This document shows, piece after piece, positions 8,972 through 18,062 of a DNA stretch of 43,640 bases. The position numbers and the translations under genes were made by a program. A model generated the notes under the pieces. The model ran no database searches. It saw only the letters and a list, made by a program, of their open reading frames with translations, and was not told where the DNA came from. The stretch is from positions 1-43,640 of IMG/VR virus record IMGVR_UViG_3300038988_000505. One strand, given 5' to 3'. Source of the DNA: a virus (lineage: Duplodnaviria; Caudoviricetes). Every line of letters starts with the position of its first letter. The stretch's first letter is position 1.

Positions 8972-9472
8972 ATGGCCCACGACGAAACGATCCGGAGAGC
9001 GCTCCGCAGCTCGTACATCTACGACGGCCTGCCCGTCGAGGCGGCCGCCGAGAAGCATGGGGTATCCGTCTCCACGGCCGCCCGCTGGAAACGCCAGGCG
9101 ATGGAAGACGGCGACGACTGGGACAAGGCGCGCACCGTGGCCGGCATATCGGGCGAGGGCAAGGAAGATATCTTCCGGACCATCATCCAGGACTACCTGC
9201 TGCTCCACAAGAGCACGATCGACAGCATCCGGCTCGACACGCAGGCATCCTCGATCGCCAAGGCGGAGGCGATCTCCCGCCTGGCGGACGCCTTCAACAA
9301 GACGGTCAACTGCCTGGGAAAGGTCAACCCCGAGCTTTCCCGCCTGGCGGTCGCCAACGACGTCCTGCAGCATCTGTCCAAGTTCGTGGTGGAAAAGTAC
9401 CCGCAGCACGGGGAAGCGTTCGTCGAGATCCTGGAGCCCTTCGGGGCGGAAATCGCGCGCATTTATGGGTAG
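8972..9472 (+). CDS. DUF1804-like protein, probable terminase small subunit
   Basis: HTH (AAEKHGVSVSTAARWK), GDDWDKAR motif, directly upstream of TerL. Confidence 0.8.
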   Translation: MAHDETIRRALRSSYIYDGLPVEAAAEKHGVSVSTAARWKRQAMEDGDDWDKARTVAGISGEGKEDIFRTIIQDYLLLHKSTIDSIRLDTQASSIAKAEAISRLADAFNKTVNCLGKVNPELSRLAVANDVLQHLSKFVVEKYPQHGEAFVEILEPFGAEIARIYG

Positions 9473-11087
9473 AGGGTTTTCGGTAAAGGAATTCCGGCTG
9501 GGGCTCGCCGAGCTCTCGGTCCAGTTGCGCAAGATCATCGAGGCGCAGGTGCTGGGGTTCGATCCGGATCCCGCTAAAAGCGCCGACCGGCGGGAGAAAG
9601 CCCTGGAATCCCTCGAGGCTTTCGCGAGGACCTACTTTCCGCACTATATCCAGTACGACAACTCGGTCGTCCATGATTTCCTCTATTCGGAGCTGCCGGC
9701 CCTGCTGGAAAGCTCCAGGGGCGAGCACGAGGCGATCGCCGCTCCCCGCGGAGAGGCCAAGTCCACCCTGGTATCCCAGATCTTCGTTCTGTGGTGCGTC
9801 GCCCGGAAGATCAAGCACTACCCGCTGATCATCATGGATTCGTACGACCAGGCGGCCATGATGATCGAGGCGATCAAGGCGGAGCTCGAGTTCAATCCGC
9901 GGCTATCCCAGGACTTCCCCGAGATCTGCGGCCAGGGCAGGGTCTGGCGTGAGGGCCTGATCGTCACCGCCAACGACATCAAGATCCAGGGTGCGGGCTC
10001 CGGGAAGAAGCTCCGCGGGCTTCGGCACGGCCCCTACCGGCCCGACCTGGTCATCTGCGACGACCTCGAAAACGACGAGAACGTCGTCTCCCTCGAGCAG
10101 CGGGACAAGACGGAGCGCTGGCTCAACCGGACGGTCCTCAACCTCGGCCCCCCCGACGGCTCGATGGATGTGATCGTTATCGGGACGGTGCTCCATTACG
10201 ACTCCGTCCTGTCCCGGGTGTTGAAGAACCCCCTCTGGAAGACGCGTGTGTTCCGGTCGGTCATCGAGTGGCCGGACCGGATGGACCTATGGGAGAAGTG
10301 GGAAGAGCTGCTGCTGAACGACGGCGACGCCGCCGCGGAGTCGTTCTATCGGCTGCGGAAAAAGGAGATGGAGCGCGGCGCCGTGGTCTCCTGGCCGTCC
10401 GCGCGGCCGCTGATCATGCTGATGACGAAGCGTGCGCGGGACGGCCACGCATCGTTCGACGCCGAGCAGCAGAACGATCCGATCTCCTCCGAGGACGCGC
10501 TGTTTTCGAAGATCGTCTTCTGGGTGAGCCGGTCCGACTCCTGGCTTTTCTACGGCGCATGCGACCCCTCCCTGGGCAAGCAGGGCTCCGGCCGGGACCC
10601 CTCCGCCATCCTCGTCGGCGGTTTCGACCGGAAGACGGGGGTCCTGGACGTCGTCGAGGCGGCGATCGCCAGGCGGCTGCCGGACAAGATCATCGAGGAC
10701 GTCATTTCCCTGCAGCGCGAATACCGGTGCCTGGTGTGGGGCATCGAGGCGGTCCAGTTCCAGGAGTTCCTGCGCACCGAGCTCGTCAAGCGGTCTGCCA
10801 GGGTCGGCGTGCCCGTGCCGGCCCGTGCGCTGATCCCCCACGCGGACAAGATGCTCCGGATCGAATCCATGCAGCCGCACGTCGTCAACGGATTGATCCG
10901 TCTGCATCCGTCCCAGAAGGTCCTGCTGCAGCAGTTGCGCCACTTCCCCAAGGCGGACCACGACGACGGTCCGGACGCCCTGCAGATGCTCTGGATGCTG
11001 GCCGTCTCCGGATCCGCCTCGTACGCCTATGAATCGGTCGGGTCCGGATATGGGTCCGGCCTGCGGAAGGACAAAGGAGCCTGGTAA
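9465..11087 (+). CDS. terL: terminase large subunit
   Basis: APRGEAKST Walker A, RPDLVICDDLEND, DPSLG nuclease motif, HDDGPDAL. Confidence 0.93.
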   Translation: MGRGFSVKEFRLGLAELSVQLRKIIEAQVLGFDPDPAKSADRREKALESLEAFARTYFPHYIQYDNSVVHDFLYSELPALLESSRGEHEAIAAPRGEAKSTLVSQIFVLWCVARKIKHYPLIIMDSYDQAAMMIEAIKAELEFNPRLSQDFPEICGQGRVWREGLIVTANDIKIQGAGSGKKLRGLRHGPYRPDLVICDDLENDENVVSLEQRDKTERWLNRTVLNLGPPDGSMDVIVIGTVLHYDSVLSRVLKNPLWKTRVFRSVIEWPDRMDLWEKWEELLLNDGDAAAESFYRLRKKEMERGAVVSWPSARPLIMLMTKRARDGHASFDAEQQNDPISSEDALFSKIVFWVSRSDSWLFYGACDPSLGKQGSGRDPSAILVGGFDRKTGVLDVVEAAIARRLPDKIIEDVISLQREYRCLVWGIEAVQFQEFLRTELVKRSARVGVPVPARALIPHADKMLRIESMQPHVVNGLIRLHPSQKVLLQQLRHFPKADHDDGPDALQMLWMLAVSGSASYAYESVGSGYGSGLRKDKGAW

Positions 11088-12730
11088 TGACGAAGCTCTA
11101 CGACGCCCGGGGGAACCCCATAGACACGGGCTTGCTCAAGCAGGAGATCGCCGCGCCGTCGTTGACCGGAGTGCGGCAGGTCATTTCCGGCCACCCCGCC
11201 CAGGGACTCACCCCCCGGCGCCTGGCGGGCCTGCTGCGGGGTGCCGAATACGGAACCCCCATGCCCTACCTCGAGCTGGCCGAAGAGATGGAAGAAAAGG
11301 ACCTGCACTATCGGTCCGTCCTGTCCACCCGCAAATTGGCCGCCTCCGGGCTGGAGATCACGGTGGAGGCCGCAACCGACGATCGCGGAGACGTCGCCGC
11401 GGCCGACCTGGTACGGGAAGAGCTGCTGTGGGACGGCTTCGCGGATGTGGTCCTGGACGTTATGGACGCGCTCGGGAAGGGGTTCTCGGTATCCGAGATC
11501 CTGTGGGACACCTCGGAATCGCAGTGGCGTCCCAGGGAGATCGCCTGGCGGGATCCCCGCTGGTTCGTCCCCGACCCGATCGACGGGCGCACGATCCGCC
11601 TGCTGGACGAGAATTACTACAACGGCATTCCGCTGCCGCCCTACAAGTTCATCGTCCACACCCCGAAGATCAAGAGCGGCCTGCCGTTGCGCGGCGGCCT
11701 CGCCCGGGCGGCGGCCTGGTCGTACCTGTTCAAGAACTTCGGCCTCAAGGACTGGGTAGCCTTCGCCGAGGTGTACGGGCAGCCGGTGAGGGTCGGGAAG
11801 TACGGTTCGGGCGCGAGCAAGGAAGACATCGAGATCCTGAAGGACGCCGTCTATTCCATCGGCTCCGACGCCGGCGCGGTGATTCCCGACACGATGATGC
11901 TGGAGTTCGTCGACAACGTCGGCAAGGCCGCTTCCGCCCAGGTCTACGAGCGGCTGCTCGATTATCTGGACAAGCAGGTTTCCAAGGCGGTACTGGGACA
12001 TTCCGGCTCCGCCGATTCCACCCCGGGAAAGCTCGGCGGAGAGCACGAGGCCCGGGAGGTGCGCAAGGACCTGCTCAAGGCCGACGCGCGACAGCTGAGC
12101 GCCACCCTGAACCGGCAACTGGTGCGGCCCTTCGTGGATTTGAACCTGGGGCCGCAGAAGGTCTATCCCCGCCTCCAATTGCTGGTCGAGGAGCCCGAGG
12201 ACCTTACCGCCCTGGCGGACAACATCAAGACGCTGGTTGGGATGCAGATGAAGGTCGGCATGGCATGGGCGCGAGACAAGTTCGGGATTCCGGATCCAGG
12301 GGAAGACGAAGAACTGCTCTCCCTTCCGTCGGCGGCTCGGTCCGCCGGGCCGGGCGACCAGGGCGATGCGCTTCCGAAGCCGGGAGGCGTCGAGGAGAAA
12401 GAAGGAGCAAAAGCCGGCGTGACGGAGGGGAATATTGGCGGCACGGCACGTTCGCCCCGCGGATCCGCGGCCAACGCGGCCGACTCTTCCGCGACGGACG
12501 TCATTGATCAGTACTCCGATCGGCTGGGCGAGGAGGCGTTGCCGTTGATGGACGACTTCGTCGAGCCGGTTCGGCGATTGGTCATGGAGGCGAAAAGCCT
12601 CGAGGAGATCCGGGACGGCCTGCTCGCCCTGTACCCGGAGATGGATCCGGCCGCCCTCGGAGATCTCATCATGCGGGCGTTGACGGCGGCCGAGCTGGCC
12701 GGCCGCTTCGAGGTCAGGGATGGCCGGTGA
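11087..12730 (+). CDS. portal protein (Mu gp29 / DUF935)
   Basis: EEMEEKDLH, FAEVYGQPVRVGKY, ISK-like VSKAVLG motifs. Confidence 0.92.
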   Translation: MTKLYDARGNPIDTGLLKQEIAAPSLTGVRQVISGHPAQGLTPRRLAGLLRGAEYGTPMPYLELAEEMEEKDLHYRSVLSTRKLAASGLEITVEAATDDRGDVAAADLVREELLWDGFADVVLDVMDALGKGFSVSEILWDTSESQWRPREIAWRDPRWFVPDPIDGRTIRLLDENYYNGIPLPPYKFIVHTPKIKSGLPLRGGLARAAAWSYLFKNFGLKDWVAFAEVYGQPVRVGKYGSGASKEDIEILKDAVYSIGSDAGAVIPDTMMLEFVDNVGKAASAQVYERLLDYLDKQVSKAVLGHSGSADSTPGKLGGEHEAREVRKDLLKADARQLSATLNRQLVRPFVDLNLGPQKVYPRLQLLVEEPEDLTALADNIKTLVGMQMKVGMAWARDKFGIPDPGEDEELLSLPSAARSAGPGDQGDALPKPGGVEEKEGAKAGVTEGNIGGTARSPRGSAANAADSSATDVIDQYSDRLGEEALPLMDDFVEPVRRLVMEAKSLEEIRDGLLALYPEMDPAALGDLIMRALTAAELAGRFEVRDGR

Positions 12731-13943
12731 GGTCAAATACGGGTCCCTTCCCTTTCCGGAGGCGATCAAATTCTTCCGGGAGAAGGTAGACATTCCCACG
12801 AAGCACTGGGACGACCTGCTGGGGGATATGCACGCCCGCGGGTTCATGGTGGCGGGGGCTTCCGGGCAGATCCTGGCGGATTTCAGGGTGGCGGTAGAGA
12901 AGGCGATCGCGGAAGGCACCACGCTGCAGGAGTTCCGAAAGGACTTCGACGCGATCGTCGCGACGCACGGCTGGAGCTACAAGGGGTCCCGGAACTGGCG
13001 ATCCGAGGTGATCTTCACCACGAACCTGCGCACGGCGTACGCTGCCGGCCGCTACCGGCAAATGACGGATCCGGACGTGCTGGCGTACCGGCCCTGGTGG
13101 CAGTACCGGCACGGAGATTCCCGGGTACCGCGGGAGCTGCACCTGTCCTGGGACGGCCTGGTGTTGGCCGCGGACGATCCCTGGTGGGACGTCCATTACC
13201 CGCCCAAGGGCTGGGGCTGCAAGTGCCGTGTATTCGCCCTCTCCGGCCGCGACCTGAAAAAGCTCGGCAAGGACGGACCGGATCCGGCGCCGAACGACGG
13301 GACCTACGAGTGGGTGGACCGCAACGGCGTGGTACACGAGCTGCCGCGCGGAGTCGATCCGGGTTGGGACTACCACGTCGGCAAGGCCGCGTGGGGACGG
13401 TCGGAGGCGCTGCGGCTTTCGGAGGACCAGGGGCCGTGGACGGATCTCGACCCGGCGGGGCCTTCGATGTTCGGCCGGCCGGAGATGATGGAAGTGGACG
13501 ATCCGCAGGGAGCTCTCGGGCATCCGGTGGAAAAGGGAAACGTCGACGCGCTGCGCCAGGCGTTGCGGGATGTCCTCGGCGGCGAGGAGGGAATGTTCGT
13601 CGATCCGATCGGCGTCGCCGTCACGGTGACGCAGGCCCTGGTGGATCACATCCTGCAGAATCCGGAAAAGCGTTGGGACGGCCGTGATGCGTACTTCCCG
13701 TTCATCCCGGAGCTCATCCAGGACCCCTATGAGATCTGGGTGAACTTCGCCAGGAGCGAGATCTCGGGGCGGGTGTCGCTGCGCCGGAAATACGTGAAAG
13801 CGATCCGGCTCGACAAGAAAACGGTCGTCGGGCTGTACGCGGAACTGCAGGACGGGCACTGGGTGACCGGAAACCTGTTTCGGGGTGGCGTATCGGGGAT
13901 CAAGAACTTGCGCAAGGGGCGGCTGCTATGGGGAAGGAAATGA
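12720..13943 (+). CDS. MuF (gp30) minor head protein with C-terminal PBECR2-like nuclease extension
   Basis: F-domain motifs (TNLRTAYAAGR, HLSWDG...DDPWW..HYPPKGWGCKC); C-terminal ELIQDPYEIW...RRKYVK. Confidence 0.85.
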   Translation: MAGEVKYGSLPFPEAIKFFREKVDIPTKHWDDLLGDMHARGFMVAGASGQILADFRVAVEKAIAEGTTLQEFRKDFDAIVATHGWSYKGSRNWRSEVIFTTNLRTAYAAGRYRQMTDPDVLAYRPWWQYRHGDSRVPRELHLSWDGLVLAADDPWWDVHYPPKGWGCKCRVFALSGRDLKKLGKDGPDPAPNDGTYEWVDRNGVVHELPRGVDPGWDYHVGKAAWGRSEALRLSEDQGPWTDLDPAGPSMFGRPEMMEVDDPQGALGHPVEKGNVDALRQALRDVLGGEEGMFVDPIGVAVTVTQALVDHILQNPEKRWDGRDAYFPFIPELIQDPYEIWVNFARSEISGRVSLRRKYVKAIRLDKKTVVGLYAELQDGHWVTGNLFRGGVSGIKNLRKGRLLWGRK

Positions 13944-14020
13944 GACTACGGTCCCCCGGACGGGCCGCGTCGCCCGGCAACCGGCTAACGGGGTACGGCC
14001 CAGCCGGCGCCTGCAAAACC

Positions 14021-14049
14021 AGCATAACAAGCTGCCAAGGCGGCGTCAA
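14021..14049 (-). promoter_or_regulatory. sigma70-type promoter pointing back toward the MuF 3' end
   Basis: Minus strand TTGACG-17 bp-TATGCT with extended -10 TG. Confidence 0.6.
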
Positions 14050-14075
14050 CGACGGACACGCGAAAGGAGATCGAC

Positions 14076-14318
14076 ATGCTGGATGGCTGCCGTTACGAGC
14101 TGAGCAATGAGGAGATCGCCAGGGCGACGAAGGATTTCTCGTACCACCCGCCCAAGCCGGATCAGATCCCGCGGTACAACCAGATCCGGGAGACGGCCGG
14201 CTCCGTTGCGCTGGGCCTGATGCAGTATTGCCCTCCCTCGAGGGAGCGCTCCGTCGCGCTGACGAAGCTTGAAGAGTGCGTCATGTGGGCAAACGCCGCG
14301 ATCGCCAGGAACGAATAA
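14076..14318 (+). CDS. Acb2/Tad1-like hairpin protein (candidate cyclic-nucleotide sponge)
   Basis: FSYHPP..DQ..RY..IR...CPPSRERSVALTKLEECVMWANAAIAR; AAGGAG SD. Confidence 0.7.
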   Translation: MLDGCRYELSNEEIARATKDFSYHPPKPDQIPRYNQIRETAGSVALGLMQYCPPSRERSVALTKLEECVMWANAAIARNE

Positions 14319-14331
14319 GCCGGGCACAGCG

Positions 14332-14772
14332 ATGGCCGGCGCCCGCATAGAGATCGTCGTGGACGACGCCGAGGTCAAAGCGTCACTGAAGCGGCTTGCG
14401 GAGAAGACCTCCGATTTCGGCCCCGCCATGAAGGACATCGGGGAGTATCTGGTGCGATCCACCGATGAGCGGTTCGACGCCCAGCACGATCCTTCCGGCG
14501 CCCCCTGGGCCCCGCTGGCTCCGTCCACCCTCGCCCGGAAGAAGGGCTCCAAGATCCTCATCGAGACCAGCCGCCTGCGGGATTCCATCCACTACCAGGC
14601 CGGGGAAGACGAGGTCCAGGTGGGGACCGACGTCGTTTACGGCGCTATCCATCAGTTCGGCGGGAAAGCGGCGGCCGAGATCCCCGCCAGGCCCTTCCTC
14701 GGGATCTCCGACGCGGACCGACTGGAGATCCTCGATATCATCGAGGACCACATCACAGGGAAGCGCGCATGA
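14332..14772 (+). CDS. Mu G (gp31)-like virion morphogenesis protein
   Basis: P.G.PWAPL.PST..RK, YGAIHQFGG, IPARPFLG. Confidence 0.9.
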   Translation: MAGARIEIVVDDAEVKASLKRLAEKTSDFGPAMKDIGEYLVRSTDERFDAQHDPSGAPWAPLAPSTLARKKGSKILIETSRLRDSIHYQAGEDEVQVGTDVVYGAIHQFGGKAAAEIPARPFLGISDADRLEILDIIEDHITGKRA

Positions 14773-14991
14773 AAAATCGCCCGTATTTGACTTATAGGCG
14801 ACCTTCGCGTTTTCCCGCCCGTCCCCCCGGAAAATTTCCGATCGCGATTTTTAACGGGGTTGTAACGGGGTCAAATGGGGTGTTTCGCGCGTACTTTTGT
14901 TCTCGCGGGGAGATTTTTTCGGGCGAATGTTCCGCTCCTCCGGCCGTGTCGGCCTGTTTCGCAGACATAAACCACCGGAATCTTGCAGAAA

Positions 14992-15038
14992 TTCCCCAAA
15001 TCTTTGGGGAGACCCCGGCTTGCCCGGAAAGGTAGGGT
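14992..15038 (+). promoter_or_regulatory. late promoter (PI-like): palindromic activator site plus -10 TAGGGT
   Basis: TCCCCAAA-TC-TTTGGGGA palindrome, shared with 6344-6360, upstream of the protease gene. Confidence 0.7.
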
Positions 15039-15044
15039 GACGCC

Positions 15045-16109
15045 ATGCCCACTCTTGTCCATCAGATCTGCTGCGCGCAGGAGCTGCCCGAGGGCCTTCC
15101 GGAGTGGATCCAGCTCCTCCCCGCAGGCGATATCGCCACCCGGGACGGACGGGGTCCTTACCGCAACACCGATCCGGCCAGGGTCCTCGAAGAGTTCCTG
15201 GCCTACGGAATGCCGATCGCCGTCGACTACGAGCACCAGAGCCTGGAGGCGGAGGAGAAAACCTCCCCCACGCCGGCGGCCGGATGGATCCACGAGCTGG
15301 AGATCCGGGAGGGCGAGATCTGGGGGCGGGTCGAGTGGACCGAGCGCGCCGCCGGGATGATCGCCGCGAAAGAGTACCGCTACATCAGTCCCGTCTTCGA
15401 GTATGTCCCCAAGACCGGCGAGATCATGCGCCTGGTTTCCGCGGGGCTCACCAACCGACCGAACCTTTACCTGCGGGCAGTGGCCCGAGAAGGAGGAAAG
15501 CGCATGCAAGAGCTTATCGAACGGCTGTGCTACATGATCAACCTGCCCGTGACGAGCACCCCCGAGGAAATCGTCACGCACCTGCAGCGGCTCATCGACC
15601 TGGTCCAGGGCAGCGCATCCGCCGCCCAGGCGATGGCGAAGGCGCTTTCGCTGCCCGAGGAGACTCCCATCAACGACGTCGCCACGGCCGTATGCTCCCG
15701 CCTGGCCGCGCTCCCCGATCCCGCGAAGTATGTACCGCGCGAGGAATACGAGCGGGTGGCAAGCACCCTGCGGACGCTCCAGGATCAGGCCGTCAGGGAT
15801 GCCGCCGAACGCTCCGTATCCGCGGCGATCTCTTCCCGCAGGCTCTCCCCGGCGATGAAGCCGTGGGCGATCGATTACGCCACGAGGGACCCGAAGGGGT
15901 TCGACGAGTTCGTCAAGGCGGCGCCGGAGATCGTCTCCGAGGGAGCCAAGACCCCCGGCGGTGCGCCTCCGGGCGGGTCGATCCATGGCGAAACCGCCGC
16001 GCAGAGCGCGATCGACAAATACAAGGCCGCCCACCCGGGCGTTTCCGACAAGGATGCCGCCCTGGCGGCCGCGGCTGCCAACCCCGAGCTCTTCAGGGAA
16101 AGGAGATAG
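15045..16109 (+). CDS. Mu I-like prohead protease, with in-frame scaffold (Z) from ATG 15504
   Basis: WIQLLPAG, DGRGP, VDYEHQ, PAAGWI, EYRYISPVF, GLTNRPNL; AGGAGG SD before internal ATG. Confidence 0.92.
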   Translation: MPTLVHQICCAQELPEGLPEWIQLLPAGDIATRDGRGPYRNTDPARVLEEFLAYGMPIAVDYEHQSLEAEEKTSPTPAAGWIHELEIREGEIWGRVEWTERAAGMIAAKEYRYISPVFEYVPKTGEIMRLVSAGLTNRPNLYLRAVAREGGKRMQELIERLCYMINLPVTSTPEEIVTHLQRLIDLVQGSASAAQAMAKALSLPEETPINDVATAVCSRLAALPDPAKYVPREEYERVASTLRTLQDQAVRDAAERSVSAAISSRRLSPAMKPWAIDYATRDPKGFDEFVKAAPEIVSEGAKTPGGAPPGGSIHGETAAQSAIDKYKAAHPGVSDKDAALAAAAANPELFRERR

Positions 16110-16115
16110 ATCGCC

Positions 16116-16907
16116 ATGATGGGACAGACGACCGGTTGCATCGAAAAGACCGTCAAGTGCACGGCGGCCATCGGGACCGCCTACACGATCGCGAAGTTCG
16201 GAGCCGACGACGATACGCTGTCGGCCGCCTCGGCGGCGACGGACGCCCTGGTCGGTGTATTCCAGCACATCACCGCGGCTGTGGGCGACGCGGTGCGCGT
16301 CATGCTCGACGGGATCAGCCGCGCCAAGCTCGGCGGCACCGTCACCCGGGGCAGCGAGCTCACGTCCGACGCGTACGGGAGGGCTGTTGCGGCAACCCTG
16401 GCGGAGCAGAGCCGCATCGGCATCGCCCTTGCGTCCGGCGTCGAGGACGACATCGTCCCGATCCTGATTCTCCCCCGGAAGGGGTTGTCCGCCGCCGCCG
16501 CTTCCAAGGATGTTGTGGCCAACGCCGGCCAGATCGCGACGACCGGCAACCTGGACGTCCTGGTCGTGGCGCCGGAGACCGGCGTGCTCGCCGGAGTGGA
16601 TTTCGTCGGCGAGGACGCCCTGGACGCCAACGACACCAACTACGTAACGTTCTCCGTCACGAACAAGGGGCAGGCCGGAGCCGGCAGCACCGCGATGCTC
16701 GCGGCCGCCGACGCCAACACGACGAAGGCCACCGGCGGCGCGGCAATCGGGGCGCTGGCCCGCAAGGCGCTGACCCTGCACGGCACGCCGGCCAACCTGG
16801 TGGTGGCCAAGGGCGACGTGCTGCAGGTCCGGGCGGCGGCCTCGGGCACGCTGGCCAACGCGGTCGACCGTTGCTCGTACATGCTGCGCTTCGGCAGCGC
16901 GGCCTGA
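16116..16907 (+). CDS. head decoration / capsid cement protein with extra C-terminal domain
   Basis: Position between protease and MCP; G.V..G..LTSDA.GRAV...IGIAL..G pattern in the N-half. Confidence 0.65.
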   Translation: MMGQTTGCIEKTVKCTAAIGTAYTIAKFGADDDTLSAASAATDALVGVFQHITAAVGDAVRVMLDGISRAKLGGTVTRGSELTSDAYGRAVAATLAEQSRIGIALASGVEDDIVPILILPRKGLSAAAASKDVVANAGQIATTGNLDVLVVAPETGVLAGVDFVGEDALDANDTNYVTFSVTNKGQAGAGSTAMLAAADANTTKATGGAAIGALARKALTLHGTPANLVVAKGDVLQVRAAASGTLANAVDRCSYMLRFGSAA

Positions 16908-16941
16908 TCTTTCAACCAGGCTACGAAAGGAGATTACGCCC

Positions 16942-17883
16942 ATGCCCGAACCGAATGTCCTGCACGTCGATGCGATCCTCTCCAACCTGTCCGTCAAGTA
17001 CCGCAACGAGGACATGATCTGGCCGCTGATCATGCCCGTCATCAAGGTGGGAAAGCGGAGCGACAAGTATTTCGTCTACAACAAGGCGGATTCCTACAAG
17101 CTCGCCGACGATGCGCTCGGTCCCAAGAGCCTGCCCAACGAGGTCGACTGGGGAACCACCCAGGAGAACTACTCGGTGACCGACCACGGCCTCGGCGACT
17201 GGCTGCCCCAGGAGACGATCGACAACTCCGACAACCCCCTGGCGCCCGAAGCTGACACCAACGAGTTCATCAACATGTGCCTGGACGTCGCCCAGGAGAA
17301 GCGCGTTGTCGACAAAATCTTCAACCAGGCGACGTACCCGAGCGGCAACAAGACGCAGCTCTCCGGAACGTCCCGGTGGGGGAACGCGGCCGACAACCCG
17401 ATCGGGAACGTTCTCACCGCGGTGGAGGCCTGCTTCGTCCGGGCGAACACGCTGGTGTTCGGCCAGGAAGCGTGGACGAAATTCCGTGCGCTCCCCGAGA
17501 TCCTGGACGCCGTCAAGGCCACCAGCCGGTACCAGGGTTCTCCGGGCGGTCTGGCGACGGCCGCCGAAGTCGCGGCGCTGTTCGAGGTGAAAAACGTCCT
17601 GGTCGGCCGCGCCCGCTACATCACCGCGAAGGAAGGCCAGACGCCGGCCTACGCCCGCCTGTGGGGCAAGCACATGGCGGCGCTCCACGTGGCGCCGGGG
17701 CCCCCGGGCATCAAGTCGATCACCTTCGGCGGGACTTTCGCGGAGACCCTCCGGCAGACGCAGCGCGATTTCGATCCCAAGCGGGGCGTCAAGGGCGCGC
17801 ACTACATCAAGGTCGCCTGGAACAGCGACGAGAAGATCATCGCGCCGGATCTCGGCTACTTCATTCAGGACGCCATCGACTGA
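16942..17883 (+). CDS. major capsid protein
   Basis: 313 aa, strong SD, VDAILSNLSV.Y.N start and GYFIQDA end typical of this MCP type. Confidence 0.85.
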   Translation: MPEPNVLHVDAILSNLSVKYRNEDMIWPLIMPVIKVGKRSDKYFVYNKADSYKLADDALGPKSLPNEVDWGTTQENYSVTDHGLGDWLPQETIDNSDNPLAPEADTNEFINMCLDVAQEKRVVDKIFNQATYPSGNKTQLSGTSRWGNAADNPIGNVLTAVEACFVRANTLVFGQEAWTKFRALPEILDAVKATSRYQGSPGGLATAAEVAALFEVKNVLVGRARYITAKEGQTPAYARLWGKHMAALHVAPGPPGIKSITFGGTFAETLRQTQRDFDPKRGVKGAHYIKVAWNSDEKIIAPDLGYFIQDAID

Positions 17884-17903
17884 GCCATAAGGAGGCCTCG
17901 CAC

Positions 17904-18059
17904 ATGCCGAAATACGTGGTCGGAGACATGCAGATCCACCTGGGCGTCGGGAAGGAAGTGCGGGTCCTGGAGCCCGGATCCGTGGTGGATCTCACCGTAA
18001 AAGAAGCGGAGACGATCGGGAAGGGCGTTCAGCCGATCCCTCCGGAGAAAGAGAAATAA
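17904..18059 (+). CDS. small hypothetical protein
   Basis: TAAGGAGG SD; fills the gap after MCP. Confidence 0.6.
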   Translation: MPKYVVGDMQIHLGVGKEVRVLEPGSVVDLTVKEAETIGKGVQPIPPEKEK

Positions 18060-18062
18060 TTC

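Noticed and set aside
14769-15035. 88-aa ORF between G and I
   Set aside because: Atypical composition; overlaps the predicted gyrase site and late promoter
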